Assembly (NCBI RefSeq): GCF_001194135.2
Contig: NC_069001.1
Location: forward strand, 28,843,619-28,901,049
DNA length: 57,431 bases
Reading direction: 5' to 3'
DNA from: Octopus bimaculoides
Taxonomy: Eukaryota
The stretch's first letter is position 1, and the number at the start of each line of letters is the position of its first letter. Shown here piece by piece: positions 12,807 through 27,341 of this stretch. The translations under genes and the position numbers were made by a program. The notes under the pieces are model-generated. The model was not told the DNA's origin and did not search any database. It saw nothing but the letters and a program-made list of their open reading frames with translations.

Positions 12807-13419
12807 AAATACATAGATACATGCTAATATGTTCTGCGTACTTTATGTATATATGTTCGTGTGTGTGTGTGTGCGCGTGCGCGTAAAGAATATGAGTGGT
12901 TTATTCCACTGATGATCTAAACCAATAGGTACGCTGCGTAAGTGCTATATTGGTCATCTGCTAGGTTCCAAGTTTACAGTTGAAGCTGGAATTGAGGATC
13001 TGTAGTAGACTTCTGAGTCAGCAGATATATATTAAATGAAAAGGAAAGCAAAACCAAGGCAGAACGGGCATCTCAGCCCATTTAAAATATTTAATTAGAG
13101 TAAGGTGAATAAAAAAAGGGAGAAGTAGAAGTAATTAATGTCTTACAGCTGGGATGCCCTACACTGGGTACACAGTATATAGAAGAATAAAACACTAGAT
13201 AGAAGAATAAAGATAGCAGAATAAAGTCCACAGCTCATCTTGTTCTCGAGGCTATTGAGGTTTGTCTGTATTTCCGTGAAGAAATAACCCATTACATATA
13301 ATCCCAAGTAAGTCCAGGCAGTACTTTGAGTGATGAATTCAGATTGAAGGAATAGATCTAGCAGTTTGCGTGTAAGAAACATGAGCAGCATGGGTTTATA
13401 ATGTGGTCCCCGTAAATTA

Positions 13420-13555
13420 GCGGTTTGGCAAAAGAGGTCGACAGAATAATTACTAGGCTTGCAAAGAATAATTCCCGGGGTAGATTTGCTCGACTAAAGG
13501 CGGTGCTCCATCATGGCCGCAGTCAAATGTCTGAAAAAAGTAAAAGAATAAAAGT
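13420..13555 (+). mobile_element. SINE family 1, 3' portion
   Basis: GTCCCCGTAAATTAGCGGTTTGGCAAAAGAG...CATGGCCGCAGTCAAATG. Confidence 0.85.
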
Positions 13556-13702
13556 GTGTATATATATATATATNNNNNNNNNNNNNNNNNNNNNNNNNNN
13601 NNNNNNNNNNNNNNNNNNNNNNNNNNNNNNNNNNNNNNNNNNNNNNNNNNNNNNNNNNNNNNNNNNNNNNNNNNNNNNNNNNNNNNNNNNNNNNNNNNNN
13701 NN

Positions 13703-13741
<39 letters not shown>

Positions 13742-15772
13742 CACACACACACACTCACACTTTGTTGTGCTCAATATATACATACATACATACATACACG
13801 TATGTGTGTTAAAGCATCATGCTTCACCGCAGGAAATTATTACAAGATGTAAATATCAGTGAAAGTCCGGGTTACTCTTTGAATGGAGTCCTTGGAAACT
13901 AAGTCATTAGTTCATTTGAATTATAAATACCTTCTATTCACTCTGGTCATCATAAATGCGATGAATCGGTTATTATGCTATTCGAAATATGGTAGTTTCG
14001 ACGAATTGACTTAGTACTGGTGTATTATATTCATTTATTTTCCATTATGTGTTGCTATCCTACAACAATATATATTAACCTGATTGCATTTCCTCATTGA
14101 GGTTTTATCTTTAACAAAAACATGCACAATGACACTTGCTCACCCATTTACACAGAAATATGTATACACTCTCCAGCACCACACACACATATATACATAA
14201 AGGAGATGATTTCCCTACTCGAAGGCGGCGAATTGGTATATCAATACCACGTCGACTTAGCATTTTCATGTTCCGAGTTCGATAAAGAAAATGTAACACT
14301 AGTCTACCAGCGCCCTCCCCTAAAAATGTTATGTGTAGTTGAAATGATTATTTCCTTAAAAATCGATATGATTTGTATTCCAAATTAGAATATGCTACAT
14401 CTCTAGCTACCGTTTTAATAATCTGGGAAACATAGATATGGCTCCCTTAATAAGAAGCGTGATTTGCTCTAACGTATTGTTTGCGTTATTGAATTGTAAT
14501 GAATTTTGTACGGTCATTTTCTACCGTTTTCACAAGTGAACTCCAAATATGTGATTGTACTTTTTTTTTATTGAGGAGTCAAAGGAAAGATTACACGATT
14601 GTTTGGGGCTAAATCTAATCTGTCATCCACTTTTATAACCGTATTTAAACCGGATTAGCCTTTAGTAAAGTATTCCATTTTGCAACCACTAAAACCTGTT
14701 CTCAATCGCGACCCCCAGCTCCTTTTCTAGTACTGTCATTTAATGTAACACTGGTGGGGAGATGAATCAGTGCTGCATCTAGCTGTCGAGTGTCCATCAT
14801 TAACAAGACCAAATAAGGTCGAAATCACGTTAGCTGGAGGTCTCGGCGCTGGAGATAGCAGGGGATCTATCTCTTCGCTATTGCTATTAACACAAGTGTC
14901 AATAAGATAGTTTCTCTCTTGGTAACTACCGTAGTATAGTCTGTTCTAACAGAACATCGGTGTTTAAGTGGGAAAAAAATATTACTTATCGGTATGCACA
15001 CTGCCTGTGTCGCTAATATATTTCCGTTGGATTAAATTCTTTCCTCAACCAGCCTTGAATACTTCACAAAAGACCATAACTTCCCATCTGAATAATCAAA
15101 TATAAAACAGTCCCGGTAAACATAACGCCTGTCTTTGAAATTCATCGTGTTCAATGTCAGATTACTTTCATATCTTTGAGCATATAAAATATTCACCGAG
15201 GAATACGCGGACAAAGAAACAAATAAAGCTATTGCGCATCTCACACGAGCTTATATTTTGTATAAATGACCAAACTCATGAGATAATCAATATTTTCTTG
15301 TAAATTTTAAAATTACGCAGTTATAATTCTAATACGAAACTTATGATTTCGTAATATATTCACGTCAAGTCTCTATCTCTCTCTCTCTTCCCTCTCTCTC
15401 TCTCTCTTTCTCTATCTTTCTCTTTTTCTCTATCAATCTATTTATCTATCTAAGTATCTATATATCTGTGTGTGTGTATGGGGGGNNNNNNNNNNNNNNN
15501 NNNNNNNNNNNNNNNNNNNNNNNNNNNNNNNNNNNNNNNNNNNNNNNNNNNNNNNNNNNNNNNNNNNNNNNNNNNNNNNNNNNNNNNNNNNNNNNNNNNN
15601 NNNNNNNNNNNNNNNNNNNNNNNNNNNNNNNNNNNNNNNNNNNNNNNNNNNNNNNNNNNNNNNNNNNNNNNNNNNNNNNNNNNNNNNNNNNNNNNNNNNN
15701 NNNNNNNNNNNNNNNNNNNNNNNNNNNNNNNNNNNNNNNNNNNNNATATATATATATATATATATACACACA

Positions 15773-16000
15773 CAGTAATCCCTCGACTATCGCGGCAGTT
15801 AAGTTCCTAAAACCCTGAAATAGTTGAAAATCCGTGAAGTAGAAACAGAAGTGCACTGCATTTTTTTATTATTTTCATAATTTGTATACATTTATTTTAT
15901 TATAAATGCAAAACAACACCACGGAGGAATCGACGTAAGCTTAAATAAACCACGATAGGTGGACCGCGATAGCTAACTGAGATACGTCGAGGAATTACTG
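15773..16000. mobile_element. Tigger/pogo-like MITE
   Basis: Left end CAGTAATCCCTCGACTATCGCGG. Right end reverse complement CAGTAATTCCTCGA[14-nt insert]CTATCGCGG, followed by TA. Confidence 0.75.
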
Positions 16001-16547
16001 TATATAGACTTCTTTCAGATTTCTTCAGCCGAATTCACTCTAAATGATTGGTCGCTCCGGGATTTTGGTAGAGGACACTCGACCAAGGCGCGACCCAGCG
16101 GAACTGAATACGGTACTGCTTCTTAAGGGGAGAGAGTGCTTCTTAAGCAGAGAAATCGCTTCCCGGTTAATTTCATCTAACGATGACGAATCTATATCAA
16201 TGAGTGGAGAGCATACATATACTTCAATGTAAAGCATTTAATTTTTTCGACTTCCCATCGCAAGGTCTTAAACTGGTGGCCATGTACAGCACTATTTCAG
16301 ACTCTTATTCAGCTTGTCAGTACGATATAAAACGCGATTAAAACTTAAGCTGAACTGAATTTAAACAGATCTATTTCTTTCTATTCCTTTTAACAGTGAA
16401 TTTATATGTATATGCATATGTGTGTTTGTCTGTCTGTATATATGTGTATGTATATGCTTGTGTGTGTATGTGTCTGGTATGTGCCCGCATATGAGTAATG
16501 TATGTGCTAAGTTTATAATTTTATGATAGTCTAAGGTTATGCTACTT

Positions 16548-16594
<47 letters not shown>

Positions 16595-17472
16595 CATACA
16601 TCTTTGTGAGTATGATAGCGTGTGTGTATACGGATAGATAAATAGCCGTGTTCGCTAGAGAAATGAATGGAGGCGAAATGTTTGAATTTCCGAGATCCTG
16701 TGACGATAGAGATACCTCAAAGGTTGATTAGCTGAAATGACTTCAGGAGATAAACGAACACGAATCACGAGGCCTTGTCATTACCGACGGCATTATCTAT
16801 AAAATTGTAGCGAATATCTTCTCCATATACATGTAATATTTTTTTAATCTCCCGAAGCAATTTCGTGTAATTAATCACGCAATTCTGCAAGTAAGATTTT
16901 TCACTAAACTCGACGTAAATTTCCAACAAACTTTCGATTAAAATCATAGTGTCTCACTGATTTTTATGATTAACAGGATTTTCGGTCAATGAAGAATTAT
17001 ATAAATTATCATGTAGCACAAAGTTTGGTTTTGATTCAGTTTTCCTGCTACATGAACAAAGCTGACCTACGTTACGTAATGTTATATGTTACATCACTTT
17101 GCTAATGAAAGAATCTATTTTCGCATAACACATTACTTAAAACATTATATCAATTGATGACAAATCCGCTTTGGTTTTGACGAAACAAGTGAAATACGCC
17201 GTAGAAATCACCCAAAACAGTTTACATCTTAACTAAACGCAATCTATTTGTTTAGGCTTAATGGAATTGACCTCCTGATTCAATCATTTTAAGGTACTAG
17301 CAATGTTCATTGATTAATAATTGAATTTGAACGCGTTTTTGTTCTACTGATTGTGCGAAAACAATATTCCAAGGACAAATGGCAATGACTTGCAATGTAA
17401 GCATTTTGAAACTAACACTGACTAGTGAATGCGCATTAAATCTATTCTTATATGTACACGTACACACATGAT

Positions 17473-17515
<43 letters not shown>

Positions 17516-17600
17516 TACATACATATCTAAACTCACACAAACGCACACGTGTATATATTTATGTGTGCGTGTGCGGTTATGTGCGTGTGTCCAAGAGTGA

Positions 17601-17688
<88 letters not shown>

Positions 17689-20600
17689 CACATGTATATA
17701 TATGTATTTGCGCGTGTGTGCATATGTATGTACGTATGTACAAATATATACACATATATACACATGTTTATATGCATAGATACATGCACATCTATGTGTG
17801 TGTTTGTGTGAGTGTGTATGGATATATATATATTTATTTATATATACACACACACACCTGTACAGTGTATAAATATACATGTGCACACATATATGTGTGC
17901 GTGTATGTGTAATCATATTGCCTGAAGATTAAACGTTTAAATATAATAGTCTTTTTAATTACTACTTTTAACCACAATCTAATATTTATTCAATTATCAA
18001 TATTAAAATTAATTATCGTAAAATCTGCCAGCGTCTATTGATAATATATGAATGGATTAGTTAAAAAGAAAGTCACCAAAAAGGAAAGTTTCCATTCAAA
18101 TAAACTAATTTTATTCTGACAATTCTGAGAATATTAAACTGAAATTATTTTATATTCTACTCGATATTTTCACTTAGCAGTCAATGCATTGCATCATACT
18201 ACAGTTCAATAAGCTTCATTCACCTGAATGAAAATAGTTCAGTGAATAAATTTCTAGCTGCTAACGTTCTGTTGCTTTATCATTGTCTTTTGAGTTCCTC
18301 GCAGAAATACTAATAATGTCCACAAGACATTTTCAACTCCTGGTTGAATACGTTGCATAAAACTTAATGACACGGAGTTCAGATGAGCGTAAAAGACGAA
18401 ACAAATTTACCATCCTATTAATTATTAAATGCTCTAGGCCCTGCCCTGACTCAGGAGATAATGATTATATGTATATACAAATATACACACATATACACAC
18501 TTACACATATATAGATATTTACGCAGTTACACACATATACGGAAACAAACAGTATATGTATACATATATATATATTTGCGTTGCATATATATATANNNNN
18601 NNNNNNNNNNNNNNNNNNNNNNNNNNNNNNNNNNNNNNNNNNNNNNNNNNNNNATATATGTGTGTGTGTATATATATATGTGTGAGTGAAAGGGGTGACG
18701 GAAAGAGAGTAAGTATAAGAAATCTAGTTTGGACACAAAAGGAAGTGCAAGTCGCGAGGAGTTCGTGCCTGGCAGCAAAAGGATTTTTAGCAAACAACCG
18801 ATTCATTTACTTTTTATCGAATTATTAATTAAGAAACGTATAGCTGCGCCTTCTGTCGGTGAATAGAGATTCGATGGTTGCATTCGCCATAACAAATGAC
18901 GTAGGCCCAAAATATTCAACATGTGGGGTTTCAGAGAAAATAAATTAACGGGAAGACAAATTATTCTATTATGGTACTGTATTTTCTGAAACAAGTATCC
19001 TTCTCAATATCACACACTGCATTTATAGTAACTGTATAGGAAACTGTTTCTGTGAATGAGAAAACTTCTTTGATATACTCCTACTTTCAAACTTAAAGAT
19101 ATGGAAATTGTATAATTTCAATAGCAACCCAAATATTGTACAGGCAATGTAAGACAAAGGAATCCAATACATGTAGAATAAGGGAAAAGGGGCCTTTCAA
19201 AAGAAGAAATAATTTGACTTGAAAATGTGCATGATTAAAAGCTGAAGTCATTGAATACAGCTCAAGCTATGATATACTAAATAGATTCAAATATTAGCAA
19301 CACCCTGTAAATTTGGTGTTTAATAAGCGACTGCAGATTGCGTACGTCTGATGTGGATAAATTGAATGGCTTCAGACGAGAAGGAATTGAGCAACGTCAA
19401 AATTCCAAATTGTCTGGTTTAACTTATACGAACTAAACTGGTAACGAAGAAATCTCTGAAGACAGGAATATCAAATATTTAGTAGAAGTTGTCACTTTAT
19501 AGAATAATAATAACCAAGACAGCAAAGACATAGAAATTGAAAGAAAGGAGTTATCAGCATCATAGGATAAAGATAATAATCTGAGAAAACATGAATGTGA
19601 AAAGATTTTGGCATCATTGTGGACAAAGAATCTAACAGTGAGGCCTTTTCAAGTAATTTGAAGTTATCTATAGTTCGAGTTGTAATTAAACGACTTTAAT
19701 TATTAATTAATAATTTTATAACTGCGTTTAACCTTATATATTTTGATTGATTTAATGGCGTCTTTGATGTAATCATACGCATTAGTCACATCACGTTTCA
19801 TGTAAATATCAGCGTTTCTGAATCATCTTATTTAATTTATTTTGTGTAAGATATATAAATAGGTTCAATATGCTGACACGTTTAATCGTTTAATTCCTTT
19901 AATAAGGGTAGACATTCAAGCTAATTTGAAATGCTCCCTTGCTCATATAATCTTATCTACCAAGCAGTTTTCGATTATAGATTTTGCAACAAAATTTACA
20001 TGTATCTATATATTACGACCTATTTAATGAAGGGCGCATATAGACGAGTACATTGCGTGTACGTGTGTATGAATGTTTGTGTGGATGTATATATGTATGT
20101 ATGTATATATCTATATATGTACCACGTATGTATGTGTATGTGTGCATCCGTTCCCTCGTATAATTAAATGTTTACCGGAATAAATCGGTGTTGTGCCCAT
20201 GTGTGTCAAAGAGCAGCTTGCGCATTGCAGAAAACAGATCGATATTGTAAATACCAGATTTAAATTGCAGCGATCAATACGATCGTGAAAAAACACTTGA
20301 TGAGGAGGACTGAAAGATCGGTTACAGTGCTATGGTTGAAACCGGTAACAGGAAAATATATATAAAATATGTTGAATGTTTGATGATGTTGCTATACGCT
20401 TGTTGTATGTTTCCACGTCACTACTGAAGAAGACCTGTGGTCAGGCAGCATTCAGGTATGCCCATCCCATTCGTTTATCTGATATAGCATATAGAGAAAA
20501 TATCTAAATATTTCAAAGTTGCTCAATTCGGAGGGTATTTCTTCATGGGTTTTCACATTTGTCTCACACTTTTAATATAAGCGGCTTGCTTCATAATTAC

Positions 20601-21559
20601 ATGTTTTTGGGGCTTAACCAAACTGTGCGGCACCTGCCAAGTGTCTTCTAATATAACCATAGACCTGCCAGTGTCTTGGGAGTGAATTTGGCACACGTAA
20701 ATTGAGTGGAGTTCTGTGGTGTATATATGTGTTTCAATGTGTGTGTTTGTATGCGCGTGTGTGGGCATCTGCGTACGTGTGTCGGTGTGCTGTGTGGATA
20801 TGCTTGTCCACCACTAACATCATCTGACAACTGGTGCTGGTCTCTTTATAACTCTGTAACGAAGCGGTTCTACAAAACTATGGATATAATAATAATCAGA
20901 CTTAAAAACAAATACTGGAGTTGATTTCATCGTTCAAAGCCCTTGAAGGTGGTACGTCAGTATGGCCGCAGTCTAGTATCTGAAACAAGCAAAATATGAA
21001 ATTTATTCATGTTTCATACAACGTTTTACTAGTTTGGCCGATTTAGTATGTTTTTTGCGGACATACATTATCTATATGACTGCGATTAATACTCATAATA
21101 TGTAGATAGCTTGAAACAAGCATAGACAGAAATACGGACGTATTGAAAAAAAAAGTGGATGAATAAATATCTGTACTCAGAATAGAGGTTAATATTGGAC
21201 AGTATAGCGAATGATGTACTTGATTTTGAAGTGAAATACCAACTCATTCAACTGGAAAATCTCTTATTTATTTGGAAATGTCTACAAAGAGAAGGGTTTC
21301 TCAGCGTACGGTATTTGTTCGTTGACAAGAGCGTCAAGGTCCGTAAGGAATTTATAATATCCAGCATATCATTTCAAGCAATAAATATTTTATTGTAGGA
21401 ATTTCCACAAAGATGACTTGATTCTTTATTGGTGGGTAATGTCTAAGAGCTTCATGTGGAGCAAAATAATACTTACATATACATACATACGTGCATATAT
21501 ATATATACATACATATATCAGTGTGTGTGTGTGTGTGATTTATTCAGTGTCTGTGTGAT

Positions 21560-22215
21560 TATATATATAGTTATGTATATATGTATGTATGTATATATGT
21601 ATGTATGTATATATGTATGTATGTATATATGTATATGTATGTATATATGTATATATATATATATATATGTATGTATATATATATATGTATGTATATATAT
21701 ATATGTATGTATATATATATATATATGTATGTATATATATATATGTATGTATATATATATGTATGTATATATATATATGTATGTATATATATATGTATGT
21801 ATATATATATGTATGTATATATATATGTATGTATATATATATGTATGTATATATATATGTATGTATATATATATGTATATATATATGTATGTATATATAT
21901 ATGTATGTATGTATGTATGTATACATATGTATGTATGTATGTATGTATACATATGTATGTATGTATGTATACATATATATGTATGTATGTATACATATGT
22001 ATGTATGTATATGTATGTATGTATACATATGTATGTATGTATACATTTGTATGTATGTATACGTATGTATGTATACGTATGTATGTATACATGTATGTAT
22101 GTATATGTATGTATGTATATGTATGTATGTATGTATATGTATGTATGTATGTATATGTATGTATGTATATATATATGTATGTATGTATATATATATATAT
22201 ATATATATGTATGTA
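21560..22215. repeat. Compound (TATG)n/(TA)n microsatellite
   Basis: About 650 bp of TATG/TA units, open in all six frames, giving YI/VCM repeat ORFs. Confidence 0.97.
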
Positions 22216-22609
22216 AATATGAATCATTATGTATAGCAATATAGAGCTGTAAGAGATAGAAATATGTCGGTTTGCTGCCTATAAAATTTTTGTCTCGTCT
22301 CTTCACTTAGCATTTTCAAATATATTCATACGTTGTGCAAGTAGACGAAGTAGGACCACAAAAGGTATACAATAGGAGCAGCAACGACAGTAACAAAAAC
22401 AGCAACAACAACAACAACAACAACAAGAATAGCAATACGAAAACATTATAAACTCGGTCGACAACAACAACAATAAAAATAATGAAAACAACAAAAATAT
22501 CCAATGCAGCAACCATTTGAACAATATATACGCGATATTCTTTAAATTTTCGCATATCAAACGCTAATATTCCTATATCCGTACATACACGAACACACAC
22601 GACCATACA

Positions 22610-22648
<39 letters not shown>

Positions 22649-23278
22649 TCACAAACACATATATATATTTATTTCTACACATATTCATACATGAAGCATA
22701 CGTACATACACACACACATACATAAAATCATATACATACGTATATCCCCTTACACAGGCATACGTAGATTCACCGCCTATTTGTAGTTCAATATAATAGT
22801 TATTTCCATAATGCGGACATAGTATTTTTATAGTTATTTGTATTTGTTTCTCTTCATTCAATTGCTTTCATGAACCAATATTCAGAACTAGATTGCTGCT
22901 TATGAATTGCCATATTTTACGTTTTATCTCTTAGGTCGATGCTATAATAATAATAATAATACTAATAATATTGATGATAATAATAAACAAAAGGTGCTTT
23001 CTTTTTATACAACAAAGGACGAAAGTAAGAGAAAGATAGGGTATATTATATACTTAAGAAGAAAAAATTAATGTTGGTTAGAGAGAAATATGTTGAGATA
23101 AGATATTTGGCCAAAATAATCTTCTAGCCCGCTCTTTACTATCATTATAATCAACATCATCATGATGTCTCGCTGGTCAGAAGTGAAGTTTTAAATTTTG
23201 GGGCATTTAGTCTAATCCGTGGCAAATCTATATTGGATCCTTAATCTACACACAGCTGATTTGTCTCTCTCCTTCTCG

Positions 23279-23362
<84 letters not shown>

Positions 23363-23563
23363 AATATATGAGTATATGCATATATATGCACATGTATGTA
23401 CATACCTTCATCTACTTGTACATATAGATACATAACTGGGTACATGACGTGGCAAAAGAGCACGGCCAAAATGATAAACAAGGTACAACAAACAAGCAAG
23501 CCACATAGAAACATCTCCTTCATCAGCTGCCACCATTAAAACACCGGCGTTATATACATACTT

Positions 23564-23907
23564 GTGAAGGTGTATGGCTCAGTGGTTAGAGCGTCGAGCT
23601 TACGATCGCGAGGTTGTGAGTTCGAATTCTGGACCGGGCTGCGTGTCGTGTTCTTGAGCAAGACAGTTTATTTCACGTTGCTCCAGTTCACTTAGCTGTA
23701 GAAATGAGTTGCGACGTCACAGGTGCCAAGCATATCAGCCCCTTTGCCTTTCCCTTTCCCTTGGATAAAATCAGTGGTGTGGTGAGAGGAAGGCTGATAT
23801 GCATGGGCGACTGCTGGTCTTCCACAAACAACCTTGCCCGGACTTGTGCCTGGGAGGGTAACTTTCTAAGTGCAATCCCATGGTCAGTCATGACCGAAGA
23901 GGGTCTC
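23564..23907 (+). mobile_element. tRNA-derived SINE with CORE-like central domain
   Basis: A-box TGGCTCAGTGG and B-box GAGTTCGAATT, then GTGTTCTTGAGCAAGACA...TTTCACGTTGCTCCAGT. Confidence 0.85.
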
Positions 23908-23915
23908 GCATATAA

Positions 23916-24133
23916 TCTTTACTCTCTTTTACTCTTTTAATTGTTTCAGTCATTTGACTGTAGCCATGCTGGAGCACCGCCTTTAGTCGAGCAAATCGAC
24001 CCGAGGACTCTTTCTTTGTAAGCATAGTAGTTATTCTATCGGTCTATTTTGCCGAACCGCTAACTTACGGGGGACGTAAACACACCAGCATCGGTTATCA
24101 AGCGATATTGGGGGGACAAACACAAACATACAT

Positions 24134-24198
<65 letters not shown>

Positions 24199-24364
24199 CG
24201 ATGGGCTTCTTTCAGTTTTCCGTCTACCAAATCCACTCACAAGGCTTTGGTCGGCCCGAGGCTATAGTAGAAGACACTTTCCCAAGATGCCACGCTGTGG
24301 GACTGAACGTCCGACCAAGGGGTTGGGAAGCAAGCTTCCTACCATCCAACCATGTTTGCTCCTA
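23916..24364 (-). mobile_element. SINE family 1 copy
   Basis: Reverse-complement homology to 10412-10820 along its length, including the internal microsatellite. Confidence 0.9.
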
Positions 24365-24430
24365 TGTCCAAAACCAATTTTGATGTATTTGCAATTCAGG
24401 CGCGGTGTCCTGTCGAGGAAAATTTTTGCC

Positions 24431-25147
24431 GGTGCGTTCAAAAAGTATCCCACTCTATGTTTTCCGGCCCAAACTATTGCCGTACAAAGTTGTTGGTAAT
24501 CAAACTCAATTCAATTCAAACATCAAATGTTGGTGATAGTCAAACTCAAATCATTCAGAAGATTCAGTAGATCTTTGGTCATGACGCCATGAGTAAAACT
24601 CATCAAGGTGTGTTAGAACCACTTGAAACATGGCCGAAACCGCAATGGAGCGTGAGGCAGACTTAGAGAGGCTATACACAAGCTAGAAGGAGGAGGCGGG
24701 TAAGAATGGAAGATTGTCGTGTAACAATCCCAGCAGTTGCTCACGAAGTGGGAACAGGCACATGATTGATAAGTGTATTCCATTTTAATGAAGGATTTGT
24801 ACATGGGGAGAGGCGCCGGAGAATTTCGTTCCCAGGGTGCTGGCAAAACGGCAGAAGCAACTCAGGATATGCTGGACTGTGCAAACCACGACCCAGACTA
24901 TCATCACTGGCTATGAGACAGAGTATAGCCTCTGCTCGATGCGTTCCTTCATCTTGCGGGAAAACAAAAACCCAAAGAGTGCGCACTAAACGTCTGTATT
25001 CGGGGTGGAAACTGATGCGGCCAACCGGCGCGAAAATTTTCACGCAGGTGCAGGAAGCTTGGTATGAGCTTTCCCTAACGAAGTTGCTCACACGGCATTA
25101 GTTTTCTCGGGACAAAATAAAATCGGATACGTTTTGAACGCACCCCA
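24431..25147 (+). mobile_element. Decayed mariner transposon (second family)
   Basis: TIRs GGTGCGTTCAAAAAGTATCC and GGATACGTTTTGAACGCACC, with TA on the right. Frameshifted remnants: IQKIQ*IFGHDAMSKT, AHEVG, FVPRVLAKRQKQ and TIITGYET (ITGDET). Confidence 0.8.
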
Positions 25148-25918
25148 TACGTCTATAGGATGATATAACTGATGACATAATATACATCTATATTCCATTA
25201 ACTGTAAGTGCAGAGTATTCCGATTCATTTCCTATGACCAAATGTTATCATCTTACGTGTTCCGATTTATTTCGAAACTTAGAGATTAGAGACACGACTG
25301 ACACTATTCCTTGTCATCTTATTGAACGTGTTCCATTTTATTCTTGTGTATACTCTACATTTCTGAGAAATTCCATATCCAGAAACAGCTCGTAGTAACA
25401 TTTATGAAGGAGTTCAAGGTGATATCTAATTATCGTCATAGTAACCATTTAGCAAGCATATTTATGTACAACTCACAGAGAAATTAACGTTCCAGAAGAT
25501 CGAGGATTTAAGAAAATTACGAAGGAAATGTAAGCGCCTTGTAATTTCTATACTTATATATGATACTTGCTCAACGTTTCACTGTGCCGTATAACAGTAA
25601 TTTTCATTACACGAGATGATTCAGTATCTGAAATCGAGATTTGGCAAGCACTAATAGTGAGTCACATTTCAACCAGAACATCGCTGAGGCTTCAGATGTA
25701 GCGGACATCTAATTGACTTGCATATATACTCTTCTCCGCAGGAATATCCGTGTAATAGATATGTAAATTGCCAACTAGCCAAGTACAGATATAAATTCTA
25801 CAAAAATTCGTAAATGTTTGCTTCTTCAGTTTGTATTCACAGACGAATGTATGATTGTACTGGCGTATATGCATGCGGCTATCTATGATTGTATGTATAC
25901 GCGTATAAAAATAGATCC

Positions 25919-25964
<46 letters not shown>

Positions 25965-26241
25965 GTGTATGTGAGGTGGTGTATGTACGGCGTGTACGTG
26001 TACGTCTGTCTATTCCAGTACGTACATCTTTATCAAAGTAATGCATGCGTAATTCGTACGTAGCTACATGGATACATACATACACACGTGATTTATCTTC
26101 CAGGAAGGAAATAAAATATCTACTGGCTTATAATTTGATTACATAGCAGCATTAGTCTATTAAATATTATTGAATCTAGTCGCGATACCCTCTACGCTGG
26201 ATCTGGCATCTTTTTTTTATGATACACATGTATATTCACAT

Positions 26242-26282
<41 letters not shown>

Positions 26283-26874
26283 AGATAAAGTCTTCGTAAT
26301 CGGGGAACACATAAAGTTATGTTGATGAAGAGAGGAGCCGGTAAAAATAAATGATTGAGAGGGAAATGAAAAACAATTTGGTATGTTCTGCTGTACTGGG
26401 TTGCGCAAACATCGATCTGCCTGGATAATAGCGGTTTTTATTAATGTTGCAATATTCAAATCTAAATATCGGGAAACGATGAGTAGAAAACTTCAGCCAT
26501 AAAGTAAACTCGATATCTATAATATTTGAATCACTTACAAGCGCATAATTTAACAAGCCGTCAAGTGATGTTCTGTATAGATTATATGTATTTTATATAC
26601 TTTATATAGACATATTACATTACGATTTGCACGCTGTGTTCACTACTGATGCTACTAGATATTGTGTGAAGTTTTGTTTGTATTTTAGAAAAGAGTATAG
26701 AGGGATATAGTATAGAATACAGAGGATATATCTGAACGAAAGTTTTCATATTGTCTTAAGTTTTTAAGCGAAATCGCATTAACAGTCTGCATAAACCCCG
26801 TGACCGGCTAAGAATGGCCGGTCAAGGGATCGGCTAAGAATAGCAATCAAATCCAACTCAGAACATATATTTTA

Positions 26875-27341
26875 AAGGCGGCAAACTGGCGGACCCTCTA
26901 GCACGCAGGACAAAATGCTTAGCAGTATTTCGGCCGTCGCTACGTTTTAAGTTCGAATTCCGCCGACGACGACTTTGCCTTTCATCCTTTTTGGCTTCGA
27001 TAAATTAAGTACCAGTGAAACAGTGGGGTCGGTGTAATCGACTAGTCCCTCCTCCCCGCAAATTTCAGCCCTTGTGCCTTTAGTAGAAAGGATTATCATT
27101 ATGATTGTTGTAGTTGTTGCTGCTGCTGTTGTTGTTCTTGTTGGTGTTGTTACTGTTTGCACGTTGGTCTTAGCAGCATTTCGTCCAAATTTACGTTCTG
27201 TGTTCAAATTCCACCAGGGTCAAATTTGCTTTTCATCGTTTCGGGGTCGATAAATTAAGTACCAGTGAAACACTGGAGTCCATATAATATTCTGGTCCCC
27301 TCTCCCAAAAATTCAGGCCTTGTGCCTATAGTAGAAAGGAT
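26875..27341 (+). mobile_element. Two tandem SINE family 2 copies
   Basis: AAGGCGGC...CTGGC(A/G)GA head, GACTTTGCCTTTCATCCTTT and GATAAATTAAGTACCAG body, GCCTTGTGCCT.TAGTAGAAAGG tail. The copies are separated by a (GTT/GCT)n tract. Confidence 0.85.

Noticed and set aside
13143-13391. 82-aa minus-strand ORF as a possible nested gene
   Set aside because: No recognisable motif, no partner exons and no convincing splice sites.
21456-22306. Six overlapping ORFs of 168-262 aa
   Set aside because: These are translations of a TATG/TA microsatellite that lacks stop codons.
23495-23535. Minus-strand CAGCTGATGAAGG as a hammerhead core
   Set aside because: No stem II closure or GAAA follows; at most a decayed repeat fragment.
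23569-23640. tRNA gene
   Set aside because: A and B boxes are present but no complete cloverleaf forms, and the sequence runs on into a SINE body. The same holds at 33022.
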